Source: Candidatus Omnitrophota bacterium (GTDB lineage Bacteria; Omnitrophota; Gorgyraeia; S143-82). Taken from it: 64,000 nt of DNA. A program made the translations under genes and the position numbers. Under the pieces are notes generated by a model. The model had not been told where the DNA came from. It did not search any database and was given only the letters and a program-made list of their open reading frames with translations. Below, piece after piece: positions 50,896 through 59,794 of this stretch. Every line of letters starts with the position of its first letter. Within the stretch, counting starts at the first letter, position 1. The DNA is taken from contig WGBD01000004.1 of assembly GCA_015494465.1 (NCBI GenBank), positions 4,627 to 68,626 on the forward strand. Direction: 5' to 3'.

Positions 50896-51261
50896 ATGTT
50901 TATGAGAAGAGATTCTGGATTGATAGTCTTTTCAATAGTTGTATCCCTCACGGTTATCGGAGGACTATTGGTGAGCGTGCTCTTGTATCTGGCTTCTTCC
51001 TACGGTAGATTAAGTGCAGCCGAGTGGAGGTCGGAAAGGCTCAAGTTCGTATACGAATCTGCCAAGGCCCGGGCGTGGTATGAGATAGTCACTAACCCCA
51101 ACCTGCAAGTCTTGGTGGCCAATGGAGAGGATTATGTAATAAGCGACTTCGTGGCGGAAGGGATACCGGTAGACATCGTGATAGGTCCGGATAAGAACCA
51201 CGATGGATTTTTTGATGTAGTTATCTTGTTTGACGACGGCTCCAACACCTCCATCCCGTAA
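50896..51261 (+). CDS. small membrane-anchored hypothetical protein
   Basis: 121 aa. N-terminal charged segment then a single hydrophobic helix (MRRDSGLIVFSIVVSLTVIGGLLVSVLLYL), loosely TadE/pseudopilin-like. C-terminal soluble domain. Confidence 0.45.
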   Translation: MFMRRDSGLIVFSIVVSLTVIGGLLVSVLLYLASSYGRLSAAEWRSERLKFVYESAKARAWYEIVTNPNLQVLVANGEDYVISDFVAEGIPVDIVIGPDKNHDGFFDVVILFDDGSNTSIP

Positions 51262-51282
51262 GGGTTGAAATCTTCCAACTTA

Positions 51283-51311
51283 TTGAACATCTTTCCCTGC
51301 TTTGGTAAAAT
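51283..51311 (+). promoter_or_regulatory. sigma70-like promoter (TTGAAC-17nt-TAAAAT) for tRNA-Thr
   Basis: Hexamers with 17-nt spacing, 13 nt upstream of the tRNA 5' end. Confidence 0.45.
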
Positions 51312-51324
51312 TTGAAGTTCGGAT

Positions 51325-51397
51325 GCCCACGTAGCTCAGCTGGCAGAGCAGCGGTTTCGTAAACCGCGGGTCGGAGGTTCGAATCCTCTCGTGGGCT
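51325..51397 (+). tRNA. tRNA-Thr (anticodon CGT)
   Basis: Acceptor GCCCACG/CGTGGGC, D-arm GCTC..GAGC, anticodon stem GCGGT/ACCGC with loop TTCGTAA, T-arm GGAGG-TTCGAAT-CCTCT. Confidence 0.9.
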
Positions 51398-51416
51398 TTG
51401 TAAATCGTCGTTACCC

Positions 51417-51444
51417 TTGACGAAGGCACCTGAGGTGATATAAT
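51417..51444 (+). promoter_or_regulatory. sigma70-like promoter (TTGACG-16nt-TATAAT) for rpsO-pnp
   Basis: Consensus -10 and near-consensus -35, 44 nt upstream of the rpsO TTG start. RBS GGAGGTGGAG in between. Confidence 0.45.
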
Positions 51445-51487
51445 TAGTGCTCAGGATAGCGAACTATGGAAAGCAGGAGGTGGAGCG

Positions 51488-51757
51488 TTGGCATTGCTCA
51501 AAGACAGGAAGGCTGAGATTATAAAGGAATTTGGGGCTCACCCCAATGATACGGGTTCGGCTGCGGTCCAGATAGCGATATTGACTGAGAGGATCAATCA
51601 ACTCAACGAACACTTCAAGGTCCACAGGAAGGATCACCATTCGCGACTCGGTCTCTTGAAGTTGGTAAATCGCAGGCGGAACCTCCTTTCCTATCTCAAA
51701 AAGAAGGATCCCCAGAAGTACCAGGAAGTCATCTCTAAGTTAGGACTCAAGAAGTGA
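51488..51757 (+). CDS. rpsO: 30S ribosomal protein S15
   Basis: 89 aa, TTG start, S15 pattern ([38 protein letters not shown]). Confidence 0.9.
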   Translation: MALLKDRKAEIIKEFGAHPNDTGSAAVQIAILTERINQLNEHFKVHRKDHHSRLGLLKLVNRRRNLLSYLKKKDPQKYQEVISKLGLKK

Positions 51758-53853
51758 GGGCCTCTCTGGAATTCACTACACATAAGGTAAGCCGAAAGTT
51801 AGGTCGGAACGAGCTCATCATAGAGACTGGTAAGCTCGCCCGCCAGGCAAACGGGGCAGTCTTGGTTAAGTATGGGGCGACAGCAGTTCTAGTAACCGCC
51901 TGCATGTCAATGGAGAGGCGCGAGGGGATAGACTTCTTTCCCCTCACCGTAGAATATCGGGAAAAGCAGTACGCCGCGGGCAAGATCCCGGGAGGATTCT
52001 TTAAGCGGGAGGGAAAGCCTACTGAGAAAGAGGTCCTTTCTTCAAGGTTGATAGACCGTCCGATCCGTCCACTGTTTCCCAAGGATCTGGTGAACGAGGT
52101 CCAGATCGTTGCTCAGGTCCTTTCCAGTGATCCCGATTACGATCCCGATGTCTTCGCCCTGATAGGGGCATCGGCTGCCCTGACTATTTCCAACATCCCC
52201 TTTAACGGGCCGATAGCTGGCGTTAGAGTGGGGAAGGTGGGATCCGAGTTCATATTGTTTCCTACCTACGACGAACAGGAGAACGGAGACATAGACCTGT
52301 GCGTGGCCGGATGGAATGACAAGATCGTTATGATAGAGGCGGGTAGTAGGGAGGTGGATGAGGAGACATTCGCTTCTGCCCTGGAGTACGCAAAAGGATT
52401 CTTCGAGGCCATTACATCCATGCAGGAGGAGCTGCGCAAACTAGCAGGCAAGCCTAAGACCTCTTACGAGCCGTTCGTAGTGCCTTCTGCCTTGGTTGAG
52501 GAGGCCCGCAAGAAATATCTTGACGATCTGTTGGACATCACCAAGACCCCGGAGAAGGAGGTCAGGATAGAGAAGTTCAACATCCTTGCCAAGCGGGCAG
52601 TGGAGGAACTGCTCAGCGAGGATTCGGAGTTTTCCGAGGCGGATGTGAGAAGGGCCCTTTCGGAAATAGAGAAGCAACTCGTCCGTTCGGCTATCTTGCG
52701 CGAACACAGGCGGGTGGACGGCAGGAGACTGGACGAGATAAGACCCTTGGCCTGTGAGGTCTCCATCCTGCCCCGGACGCACGGTTCCAGCCTGTTCACC
52801 CGAGGCCAGACCCAGAGCCTTTGTATAACCACCCTGGGCACCAAAGCGGATGAACAGATGATAGAAGGGCTGGAGGAGGAGAGTTTCAAGCACTTTATGC
52901 TTCACTACAGTTTCCCGCCCTTCAGCGTGGGGGAGGTCAAGCCCATACGCGGCCCGGGGAGGCGGGAGATAGGTCACGGGGCACTGGCAGAGCGGGCATT
53001 GAGGTACGTGATGCCCCCTAAGGAGGAATTCCCTTACACGGTGCGGGTGGTGTCGGAGATACTGGAGTCCAACGGTTCTTCCTCTATGGCAACTGCCTGC
53101 GCGGCGAGTCTGTCCCTGATGGATGCTGGTGTACCCATAAGGAAGCCGGTTGCAGGCATAGCCATCGGCCTTATAAAGGAGAGCGATACCGATTATGTGC
53201 TCCTTACCGACATCGCCGGTCTGGAAGACCACTACGGGGACATGGACTTCAAGGTGGCGGGTACCCGCGATGGGATAACCGCCATTCAGATGGACCTGAA
53301 GGTGGACGGCATCACGATGGAGATGGTCCGTTCGGCCCTGAATCTGGCCAAGAAGGCCCGGCTGGAGGTATTGGAGGTCATGGACTCGGTCCTCTCCAGT
53401 CCGCGTCCGGAGATATCGCCCTATGCACCAAGGGTCGCGGTGGTGGAGATACCGGAGTACAAGATCCGGGACCTCATCGGGCCCATGGGCAAGAACATCA
53501 AGAAGATCATCTCCGAGACCGAGGTAACCATTGACGTGGATCCCTCCGGGCAAGTTACGGTCTCTGCTCCCAACAACGAGGCCCTCAACCGGGCGTTGGA
53601 GATGATAGATGTGCTCACCAGTGAGCCGGAGGTGGGCAAGATATACGAGGTCAAGATTACCCGGATCGTAAACTTCGGTGCATTCTGCGAACTGCCTTCC
53701 GGCAGAGAGGGGCTCATACACATCTCCGAGATAGCGGATGCCTTCGTCTCCAACATCGAGGACTACGTAAAGGTGGGGGACCTCGTAAGGGCCAAGCTCA
53801 TAAAGATCGACGAACTCGGTCGTCTCAACTTTAGCCTGAAACAGGCTAAGTAA
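51754..53853 (+). CDS. pnp: polyribonucleotide nucleotidyltransferase (PNPase)
   Basis: 699 aa. Two RNase PH domains, KH and S1 domains. Canonical rpsO-pnp arrangement. Confidence 0.95.
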   Translation: MRASLEFTTHKVSRKLGRNELIIETGKLARQANGAVLVKYGATAVLVTACMSMERREGIDFFPLTVEYREKQYAAGKIPGGFFKREGKPTEKEVLSSRLIDRPIRPLFPKDLVNEVQIVAQVLSSDPDYDPDVFALIGASAALTISNIPFNGPIAGVRVGKVGSEFILFPTYDEQENGDIDLCVAGWNDKIVMIEAGSREVDEETFASALEYAKGFFEAITSMQEELRKLAGKPKTSYEPFVVPSALVEEARKKYLDDLLDITKTPEKEVRIEKFNILAKRAVEELLSEDSEFSEADVRRALSEIEKQLVRSAILREHRRVDGRRLDEIRPLACEVSILPRTHGSSLFTRGQTQSLCITTLGTKADEQMIEGLEEESFKHFMLHYSFPPFSVGEVKPIRGPGRREIGHGALAERALRYVMPPKEEFPYTVRVVSEILESNGSSSMATACAASLSLMDAGVPIRKPVAGIAIGLIKESDTDYVLLTDIAGLEDHYGDMDFKVAGTRDGITAIQMDLKVDGITMEMVRSALNLAKKARLEVLEVMDSVLSSPRPEISPYAPRVAVVEIPEYKIRDLIGPMGKNIKKIISETEVTIDVDPSGQVTVSAPNNEALNRALEMIDVLTSEPEVGKIYEVKITRIVNFGAFCELPSGREGLIHISEIADAFVSNIEDYVKVGDLVRAKLIKIDELGRLNFSLKQAK

Positions 53854-53860
53854 TTGCGAG

Positions 53861-56140
53861 ATGTATGAACATCACAGAAGAGAGATCCTGGGCATATCCT
53901 TCCTGATACTCGGCCTTTTGATATTCGGAAGCGTGGTCTCCTTTTCCCCTCGAGATCTGCCTTTCCTTTCCTATCCTCCCGCGGTGAGCCTGCACAACTG
54001 GCTGAGCCATGTGGGGGTGTATCTGGGATTCCTCTTGAGGTTCTCTCTGGGATGGGCCTCCCTCATATTGCCTATTCTGGTCGTCTATTGGGGACTGGCC
54101 AGGCTGTTGAAACTGGACGAGAGGTGGGATTTTTACGTAAGTCCTTCCGCCTTGGCGGTGGCCTTCTTCGTTATGTTTTCTTCGCTCGTCTTGTCCCTTG
54201 CCTCTATGCGCATGGGGGATGTGGCCTCCTTCGGTATGGGAGGGCTTGTCGGGTACAGCATCGCCAGGTTCTTGCTGACCTATTTCGGGGTATTCGGGGC
54301 CTGGGTGATAGGGCTTGGGCTGTTGGCCCTTTCGTTCGTTATGGTCACCCACCTATCCATAGTGCGGGTGGCGGGATTCTTTTTGAGGCCGTTGTTGGCC
54401 TTTGCGAGGTTGTTGAAGAGGCTGCGGGGCGTATTTAAGAGGGAGAAACCCTCCCCCGTAAAAGAGACAGCTCGCGGGAGAAGACCCGCCCGCCAGAGTC
54501 CGGGACGCAGGGCCATATTGAGGGAATCTCAAAAGGGATTGTTTGAAGAGGAAGACGAGGCCAAGATAGAGGCCCTGGAGGAGGTTGAAGAGGAAGATGA
54601 GGACGAGGAAGAGGAGTTTGAGGAAGGGGCCGAAGAGGTTTCAGAAGAAGAGGAAGTTGAAGAGGAATTCGAGGTCCTCTCTTCCGAGGGGAAAAAGCTG
54701 TCCCCTCCCGAGGACAAAAAGGAGTACCTCCTGCCTCCTATAGATATCTTGGATGTGCCTATCCGCAACAAGGTGGAGAAAGAGGACATAGAAAAGAAGG
54801 CGCGCATAATCGAACAGAGCCTTGCAGAGTTCAACATCCCGGTAAAGGTGATAAATGTGGAGTCTGGTCCGGTCATCACTCGCTACGAACTGGAACCCGC
54901 ACCGGGAGTGAAGATTCAGAGGATAGTCAACCTTGCGGACGATCTGGCCCTGAACCTGAGGGCCAGTTCAGTGCGGATCGTTGCCCCGATACCGGGTAAG
55001 GGCGCGGTGGGCATAGAGGTGCCGAATACCCACAGGGAGGCGGTCTTTATCCGGGACATCGTGGCCTCTGCGGAGTTTGCGGAGATGGACTCGCCCCTTG
55101 CCTTGGGGTTGGGGAAGGACACCGCAGGCCATCCGGTGATCGCTGATCTCCGGGATATGCCTCACCTCCTCATAGCGGGCGCAACCGGGTCAGGTAAGAC
55201 GGTGTGCGTCAACGCCCTCATCGTCTCTATGCTGATGAAGGCCTCGCCGAGGGAATTGAGGTTTATACTGGTGGATCCCAAGATGGTTGAGATGACCCAG
55301 TACAACCGCCTTCCCCATCTGCTCTGTCCGGTGATAACCGAGGTGAAGGCAGTCTCCTCTGCTCTCAACTGGTTGATAGGGGAGATGGAGCGCAGGTATC
55401 AGGTCCTGGCCAAGGAGGGAGTGAGGAACATTCGCTTTTACAACCAGCGCCATAAGGACGATCCCCTGCCCTACATAGTGCTCATCATCGACGAGCTTGC
55501 GGACATAATGGCGGTTGCCCAGAGCGAGGTGGAGACGGGTATAGCAAGGCTTGCCCAGTTGTCCCGGGCGGTGGGGATACACCTGATACTGGCCACCCAG
55601 CGGCCGTCGGTGGATGTTATAACCGGAGTGATAAAGGCGAACTTCCCTGCGAGGATATCGTTTAAGGTGGCCTCAAGGGTGGACTCGAGAACGGTGCTTG
55701 ATTCCATAGGGGCAGAGAAACTCCTTGGCAAAGGGGACATGCTGTTTATGAGGCCGGGTGCAGTGAAGCCCCAGCGCATCCAGGGGGCCTATGTGCAGGA
55801 CAAGGAGATAGAGCGTATCGTGGACTACATATGCGCTCAGGCGGAGCAGGAATTCGACGAGTCGGTGATAAAGGCAGGGCACCGGGGACCGGGGCACATT
55901 GAGAAGGACGAGTTGTTCGATTCCGCGGTGGACATAGTCCTTTCCACAGGACAGGCCTCGGTGTCTATCCTCCAGAGGAGGATGCGTCTGGGATACGCTC
56001 GGGCTGCAAGGCTTATCGATATGATGGAGGAGGAGGGGATCGTCGGGCCTTATCGGGGGAGTCGGCCAAGGGAGATACTAATCGATAGGGAAGAGTGGTT
56101 GAGGCGCAGGAGGCTGGAGCAGGATGCCCAACAGAATTGA
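53861..56140 (+). CDS. ftsK: DNA translocase FtsK
   Basis: 759 aa. N-terminal 4-TM domain, highly acidic poly-Glu linker, RecA-like motor with Walker A GATGSGKT, and a C-terminal gamma (winged-helix) domain. Confidence 0.9.
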   Translation: MYEHHRREILGISFLILGLLIFGSVVSFSPRDLPFLSYPPAVSLHNWLSHVGVYLGFLLRFSLGWASLILPILVVYWGLARLLKLDERWDFYVSPSALAVAFFVMFSSLVLSLASMRMGDVASFGMGGLVGYSIARFLLTYFGVFGAWVIGLGLLALSFVMVTHLSIVRVAGFFLRPLLAFARLLKRLRGVFKREKPSPVKETARGRRPARQSPGRRAILRESQKGLFEEEDEAKIEALEEVEEEDEDEEEEFEEGAEEVSEEEEVEEEFEVLSSEGKKLSPPEDKKEYLLPPIDILDVPIRNKVEKEDIEKKARIIEQSLAEFNIPVKVINVESGPVITRYELEPAPGVKIQRIVNLADDLALNLRASSVRIVAPIPGKGAVGIEVPNTHREAVFIRDIVASAEFAEMDSPLALGLGKDTAGHPVIADLRDMPHLLIAGATGSGKTVCVNALIVSMLMKASPRELRFILVDPKMVEMTQYNRLPHLLCPVITEVKAVSSALNWLIGEMERRYQVLAKEGVRNIRFYNQRHKDDPLPYIVLIIDELADIMAVAQSEVETGIARLAQLSRAVGIHLILATQRPSVDVITGVIKANFPARISFKVASRVDSRTVLDSIGAEKLLGKGDMLFMRPGAVKPQRIQGAYVQDKEIERIVDYICAQAEQEFDESVIKAGHRGPGHIEKDELFDSAVDIVLSTGQASVSILQRRMRLGYARAARLIDMMEEEGIVGPYRGSRPREILIDREEWLRRRRLEQDAQQN

Positions 56141-56963
56141 CGTCAAGGCCATCAGGGAGTCCAAGGGGATAACCCTGGATCAGGTCTTCGAGGACACCAA
56201 GATACCCAAGCGGGTGTTGGTGGCCATAGAGACCGGGGACTTTACCGACCTGTTCCTGAGCCCGGTATATGTAAAGGGGTTTGCCAAGAGTTATGCCCGC
56301 TATCTGGGGATAGATCCCGAGGAGCTGGTGGGCCAGCTATTTCCGGAGGCGCAGGAAAGGGGCGAGGAGAAGAGGGAGGTTCCCGCTCGATCCCGCCCTT
56401 CCAAACGGAATCGGGCGACGGAGATCCTTGAGGTCGTGCTGAGGCGGGTAAAGGAGGCTATCGCCTTCGTCATTGCCTGGATCTTGGGCCTGTTGGTGCA
56501 CACGGACAGGCGGGTGTTGACGGGTGTGGGGGTGGTGGTACTTGCGTTTTTCTTCTGGCTTATCATCCCTCACCGCAGTGTCCACGAGGTCAGGCAACCC
56601 CTTCCTGAGGTCTCTTTCCCTGCAAGGCAAAAGGCCTCTCTTCCAGCGGAGAAAGAGGAGGCCCCGCCGGCAGTCGTTAAAGAGGCCCCTGCCCCCAAGG
56701 GCGAGTTCTCCATCCTGGTAGAGGCCGGTGATGACTGCTGGATGCGGGTGAAGGCAGACGGTCTGGAGGTCTTTCGGGGTATCCTTAAGAAGGGCGATGT
56801 GGAGGAGTGGAGCGGGGAGAAGGAAATATCCCTCTGGGTGGGCAATGCCGGGGCGCTGAAGGTGACCTGTGGGGATAGACACTATACCCATCTCGGGCGT
56901 AAGGGCGAGGTCATAAAAGACATCGTCTTCCTGCCGGATTGCACCTACGAGATAAGGAGATGA
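56124..56963 (+). CDS. helix-turn-helix domain protein, RodZ-like (HTH + TM + C-terminal DUF4115-like domain)
   Basis: 279 aa. N-terminal XRE-type HTH, a central TM helix, a Pro/Ala-rich linker and a C-terminal beta-rich domain (WMRVKADG...VGNAGALKV). Confidence 0.6.
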   Translation: MPNRIDVKAIRESKGITLDQVFEDTKIPKRVLVAIETGDFTDLFLSPVYVKGFAKSYARYLGIDPEELVGQLFPEAQERGEEKREVPARSRPSKRNRATEILEVVLRRVKEAIAFVIAWILGLLVHTDRRVLTGVGVVVLAFFFWLIIPHRSVHEVRQPLPEVSFPARQKASLPAEKEEAPPAVVKEAPAPKGEFSILVEAGDDCWMRVKADGLEVFRGILKKGDVEEWSGEKEISLWVGNAGALKVTCGDRHYTHLGRKGEVIKDIVFLPDCTYEIRR

Positions 56964-58237
56964 GGCCTACCTTCTCCGTCGTTACTCTGGGTTGTCCCCG
57001 TAATTACGTGGACAGTCAATATCTGGTGGCGAGGTACCTGCGCAAGGGCTGGGAATACACCTCCGATCCCTATTCTGCGGATTATGTGATTATTAACACC
57101 TGTGGGTTTATAAGGCCTGCGGTGGAGGAGTCGGTGAATACCATCCTTGAATTTGAAGATGCCCTGCGCTCAGGGAGGATAAAGGGCCTGTGGGTGGTGG
57201 GCTGTCTGGTAGAGCGCTGCGGAGGGGAGTTGAGGCGAGAGTTCCCGGATCTGCGGTTTGAAGGATGCGTTGACCCGAGGAGATTGGGAGAGGTGCCCCC
57301 GCTGGTCTTCGCAGAGGGGGGATATGCCTACGTGAAGATATGTGAGGGGTGCCTGAGCAGGTGCAGTTTCTGTACCATCCCCCGGATACGGGGGAGACTG
57401 CGTTCCCGGCCTATGGAGGAGATTATAGAGGAGGTCAGATACATAACCTCCCAGTTGGGCAAGTCCGAGGTGGTGTTGGTGGGGCAGGACACCACCGCCT
57501 ACGGTTGGGACCTCTACCGCCGTCCCATGCTTAAAGAACTTATTAAACAGATCCTAGCCCACACCGAAGTGCGCTGGCTCAGGTTGATGTACGCCTACCC
57601 GGGGAGGATAGACGAGGAACTGTTGGACCTCCTTGCCGTGGAGGAGAGGTTACTCAGTTATCTGGATGTGCCCATCCAACATGTGAACGAGCGGATCCTA
57701 AAGAAGATGGCCCGAGGGTACGGTAGGGCCGAAGTGGAAGATCTCTTTAGGATGGCAGAGGAGAGGGGTATAGGGATCCGCACGACGATTATAGTGGGAT
57801 TTCCGGGGGAAGGCAGGAGTGAGTTCGCGGAATTGAGGAGGTTTCTGGAAGGGCAAAGGGCCCTTATCCGGCTTGGGGTATTCAAATACTCTCCCGAGGA
57901 GGGGACACCTGCCTACAGGATGCGGGGCAGGCCGAAGGAGAGCACGGTACTGTCTCGCTACCGGAGGATGCGAAACCTCTCCCGCCAGGTCCTGAGACGG
58001 GTGGCGGAGGAGATGGCAGGCAGGGAGGTGGATCTGATAGTAGACGGCTACCTGCCGTCCGCTGGGTATTACCTTGCCCGGACCCGGTGGGATGCCCCAG
58101 AGGTGGACAATGTGGTCTTCCTGCGATCGGGGCGGGAACTCCTTTCCGGGGACATAATAAAGGCACACCTGGATATAATAAACGGGGAGTTGGTAGGTGA
58201 GGTGGCTGTGCAGGATACTGGACAGGATAGGGTTTAA
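56960..58237 (+). CDS. rimO: MiaB/RimO-family radical SAM methylthiotransferase (likely ribosomal protein S12 methylthiotransferase)
   Basis: N-terminal MTTase domain (VVTLGCPRN), radical SAM CxxxCxxC (CEGCLSRCSFC) and a C-terminal TRAM domain. Start chosen at ATG 56960, behind RBS AAGGAG. Confidence 0.8.
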   Translation: MRPTFSVVTLGCPRNYVDSQYLVARYLRKGWEYTSDPYSADYVIINTCGFIRPAVEESVNTILEFEDALRSGRIKGLWVVGCLVERCGGELRREFPDLRFEGCVDPRRLGEVPPLVFAEGGYAYVKICEGCLSRCSFCTIPRIRGRLRSRPMEEIIEEVRYITSQLGKSEVVLVGQDTTAYGWDLYRRPMLKELIKQILAHTEVRWLRLMYAYPGRIDEELLDLLAVEERLLSYLDVPIQHVNERILKKMARGYGRAEVEDLFRMAEERGIGIRTTIIVGFPGEGRSEFAELRRFLEGQRALIRLGVFKYSPEEGTPAYRMRGRPKESTVLSRYRRMRNLSRQVLRRVAEEMAGREVDLIVDGYLPSAGYYLARTRWDAPEVDNVVFLRSGRELLSGDIIKAHLDIINGELVGEVAVQDTGQDRV

Positions 58238-59060
58238 GGCCCTCCCCCGTTGGTCCTGGATATTCGTCTGGATCCTTTCCCCGTTTTACCTCCTGCGCAG
58301 GGACCAAGTAAGACGGAACCTCAAACGGGCCTTTCCGGAGTTGGATCTCACGGGCATAGATGCCCTTGGCTGGCGGTCGTTCCGCTCTACGGTGGTTTCG
58401 CTCATGGATGTCCTGTGGTGGTGCGGTTGGCACTCCCGGGATCCGGAGAAGGCAAGGAGGTGGTTTGCAGGGGAGGGAGTCAGGTTCAGCGACGATTCTA
58501 TAAGGGAGGCCTTGGTCAGGAATGGGGGGATCGTCTGCACCGGGCACTTTTCCACCTTTCCGGTGATTCCTCAGTACTTTGCCCTGTTCAAACCCACAGG
58601 AGTGTTTCTGAAAAAGGTGAAGAATCCATTTATACAATCTAGACTGGACTGGCTCTTGCGAAGTATGGGGGTGATACCGCTCTATGTGGACGAAAAAGGT
58701 GCGCTCAAGAGGGCAGTGGAGATCCTGCAGGAGGAGGGGATCGTGGTGGTGTTGTTGGACCAGCACTTCGGCAGGAAGGGCAGGGTGGAGGTGGAGTTCT
58801 TCGGGCACAGGGCCTTCTCTGCGGGTGGCGTAGTGGAACTTGCCCGGAAGGTGGAGAAGGAGATATGGGCCTGTCTGGTGAAGAGGCGGGAGGATCACTT
58901 TGAGATAACCTATGTCAGGCGTCTGTCCTCTCCGGGGATGGCTGTGGAAGGCCAAAAGATTGTTCAGGATTTCACAAACTTGCTGGAGCGTGCTATAATG
59001 GACAGTCCGGAAGACTGGTTGTGGCTCCACCGCAGGTGGAAGGATCTGGACAAGAGATGA
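58197..59060 (+). CDS. LpxL/HtrB-family lipid A biosynthesis (lauroyl/myristoyl) acyltransferase-like protein
   Basis: 287 aa. N-terminal TM segment, acyltransferase motif (CTGHFSTFP) and conserved WLWxHRRWK C-terminus. Confidence 0.75.
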   Translation: MRWLCRILDRIGFKALPRWSWIFVWILSPFYLLRRDQVRRNLKRAFPELDLTGIDALGWRSFRSTVVSLMDVLWWCGWHSRDPEKARRWFAGEGVRFSDDSIREALVRNGGIVCTGHFSTFPVIPQYFALFKPTGVFLKKVKNPFIQSRLDWLLRSMGVIPLYVDEKGALKRAVEILQEEGIVVVLLDQHFGRKGRVEVEFFGHRAFSAGGVVELARKVEKEIWACLVKRREDHFEITYVRRLSSPGMAVEGQKIVQDFTNLLERAIMDSPEDWLWLHRRWKDLDKR

Positions 59061-59794
59061 GACTGCGAGTAGATCTGGGATACGACGGCACGGACTTCTT
59101 CGGCTGGCAGGTCCAGAGGGATGTGCGTACGGTTCAGGGCGTGCTGGAGGAGGTATTTTCCAAGGTCTTGGGGAGGAAAGTGAGGGTGATAGGCGCGGGG
59201 AGGACGGATACCGGCGTCCACGCGAGGCATCAGGTGGCCAGTTTTGATGTGGAGGATGGGTCGTTGTCTATACCGGTGGATAGGCTTAAGCAGGTATTCA
59301 ATTCTTACCTGCCTAAGGATGTGAGGGTCTACGAGGTCAGGCAGGTGGATGGGGATTTCCATCCCCAGTTCTCTGCCAAGGGCAAGGTCTATCGCTACTT
59401 CTTCTTCTCGGGCTGGGAAAACCCGGTATTGAGCAGGTATGCCCTGTGGCTTCCGGACAGGGATGTATTTGAGCGGTTGAGAGGGATCGTGGGAAGGTTC
59501 TCGGGAAGGCGCGACTTCCTTGCCTTTGCCTGCAGGAATAACACCGAGGTAGAGGAATTGGATACGGTTCGGGATCTGGAGTGTGGATACGGTGAACTGG
59601 CGGACCTGTTTTATCTGGAATTCCGGGCGAGGGGATTCCTCTACCGGATGGTCCGCCGGCTGGTGGGCCTGGCCTTGGAGATAGCGCAAGGAAGATTTGA
59701 GGAATCGATAATAGATAGGGTCTTTTCGGGGGAGACCGTCCACTGGACGACCGCCCCCGCGAACGGCCTGTTCCTGTGGGAGGTGATCTATTGA
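59057..59794 (+). CDS. truA: tRNA pseudouridine(38-40) synthase
   Basis: TruA pattern (MRLRVDLGYDGTDFFGWQ, catalytic GAGRTDTGVHA). ATGA overlap with the upstream stop codon. Confidence 0.9.
   Translation: MRLRVDLGYDGTDFFGWQVQRDVRTVQGVLEEVFSKVLGRKVRVIGAGRTDTGVHARHQVASFDVEDGSLSIPVDRLKQVFNSYLPKDVRVYEVRQVDGDFHPQFSAKGKVYRYFFFSGWENPVLSRYALWLPDRDVFERLRGIVGRFSGRRDFLAFACRNNTEVEELDTVRDLECGYGELADLFYLEFRARGFLYRMVRRLVGLALEIAQGRFEESIIDRVFSGETVHWTTAPANGLFLWEVIY

Noticed and set aside
50896-51261. Type IV prepilin call for the 121-aa protein
   Set aside because: It has a pseudopilin-like hydrophobic N-terminus but lacks the G|F/M-T-L-I-E prepilin peptidase motif (no Glu at +5), so I kept it as hypothetical.
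52441-53721. 426-aa minus-strand ORF
   Set aside because: Antisense to pnp, which is unambiguous. Composition artefact.
54529-54700. Repetitive GAG/GAA-rich DNA that could be mistaken for a repeat array
   Set aside because: This is the poly-Glu acidic linker of FtsK, read in frame. It has no spacer-repeat periodicity and is not CRISPR-like.
57882-59030. 382-aa minus-strand ORF
   Set aside because: Antisense to rimO and the LpxL-like gene. Proline-rich, low-complexity.
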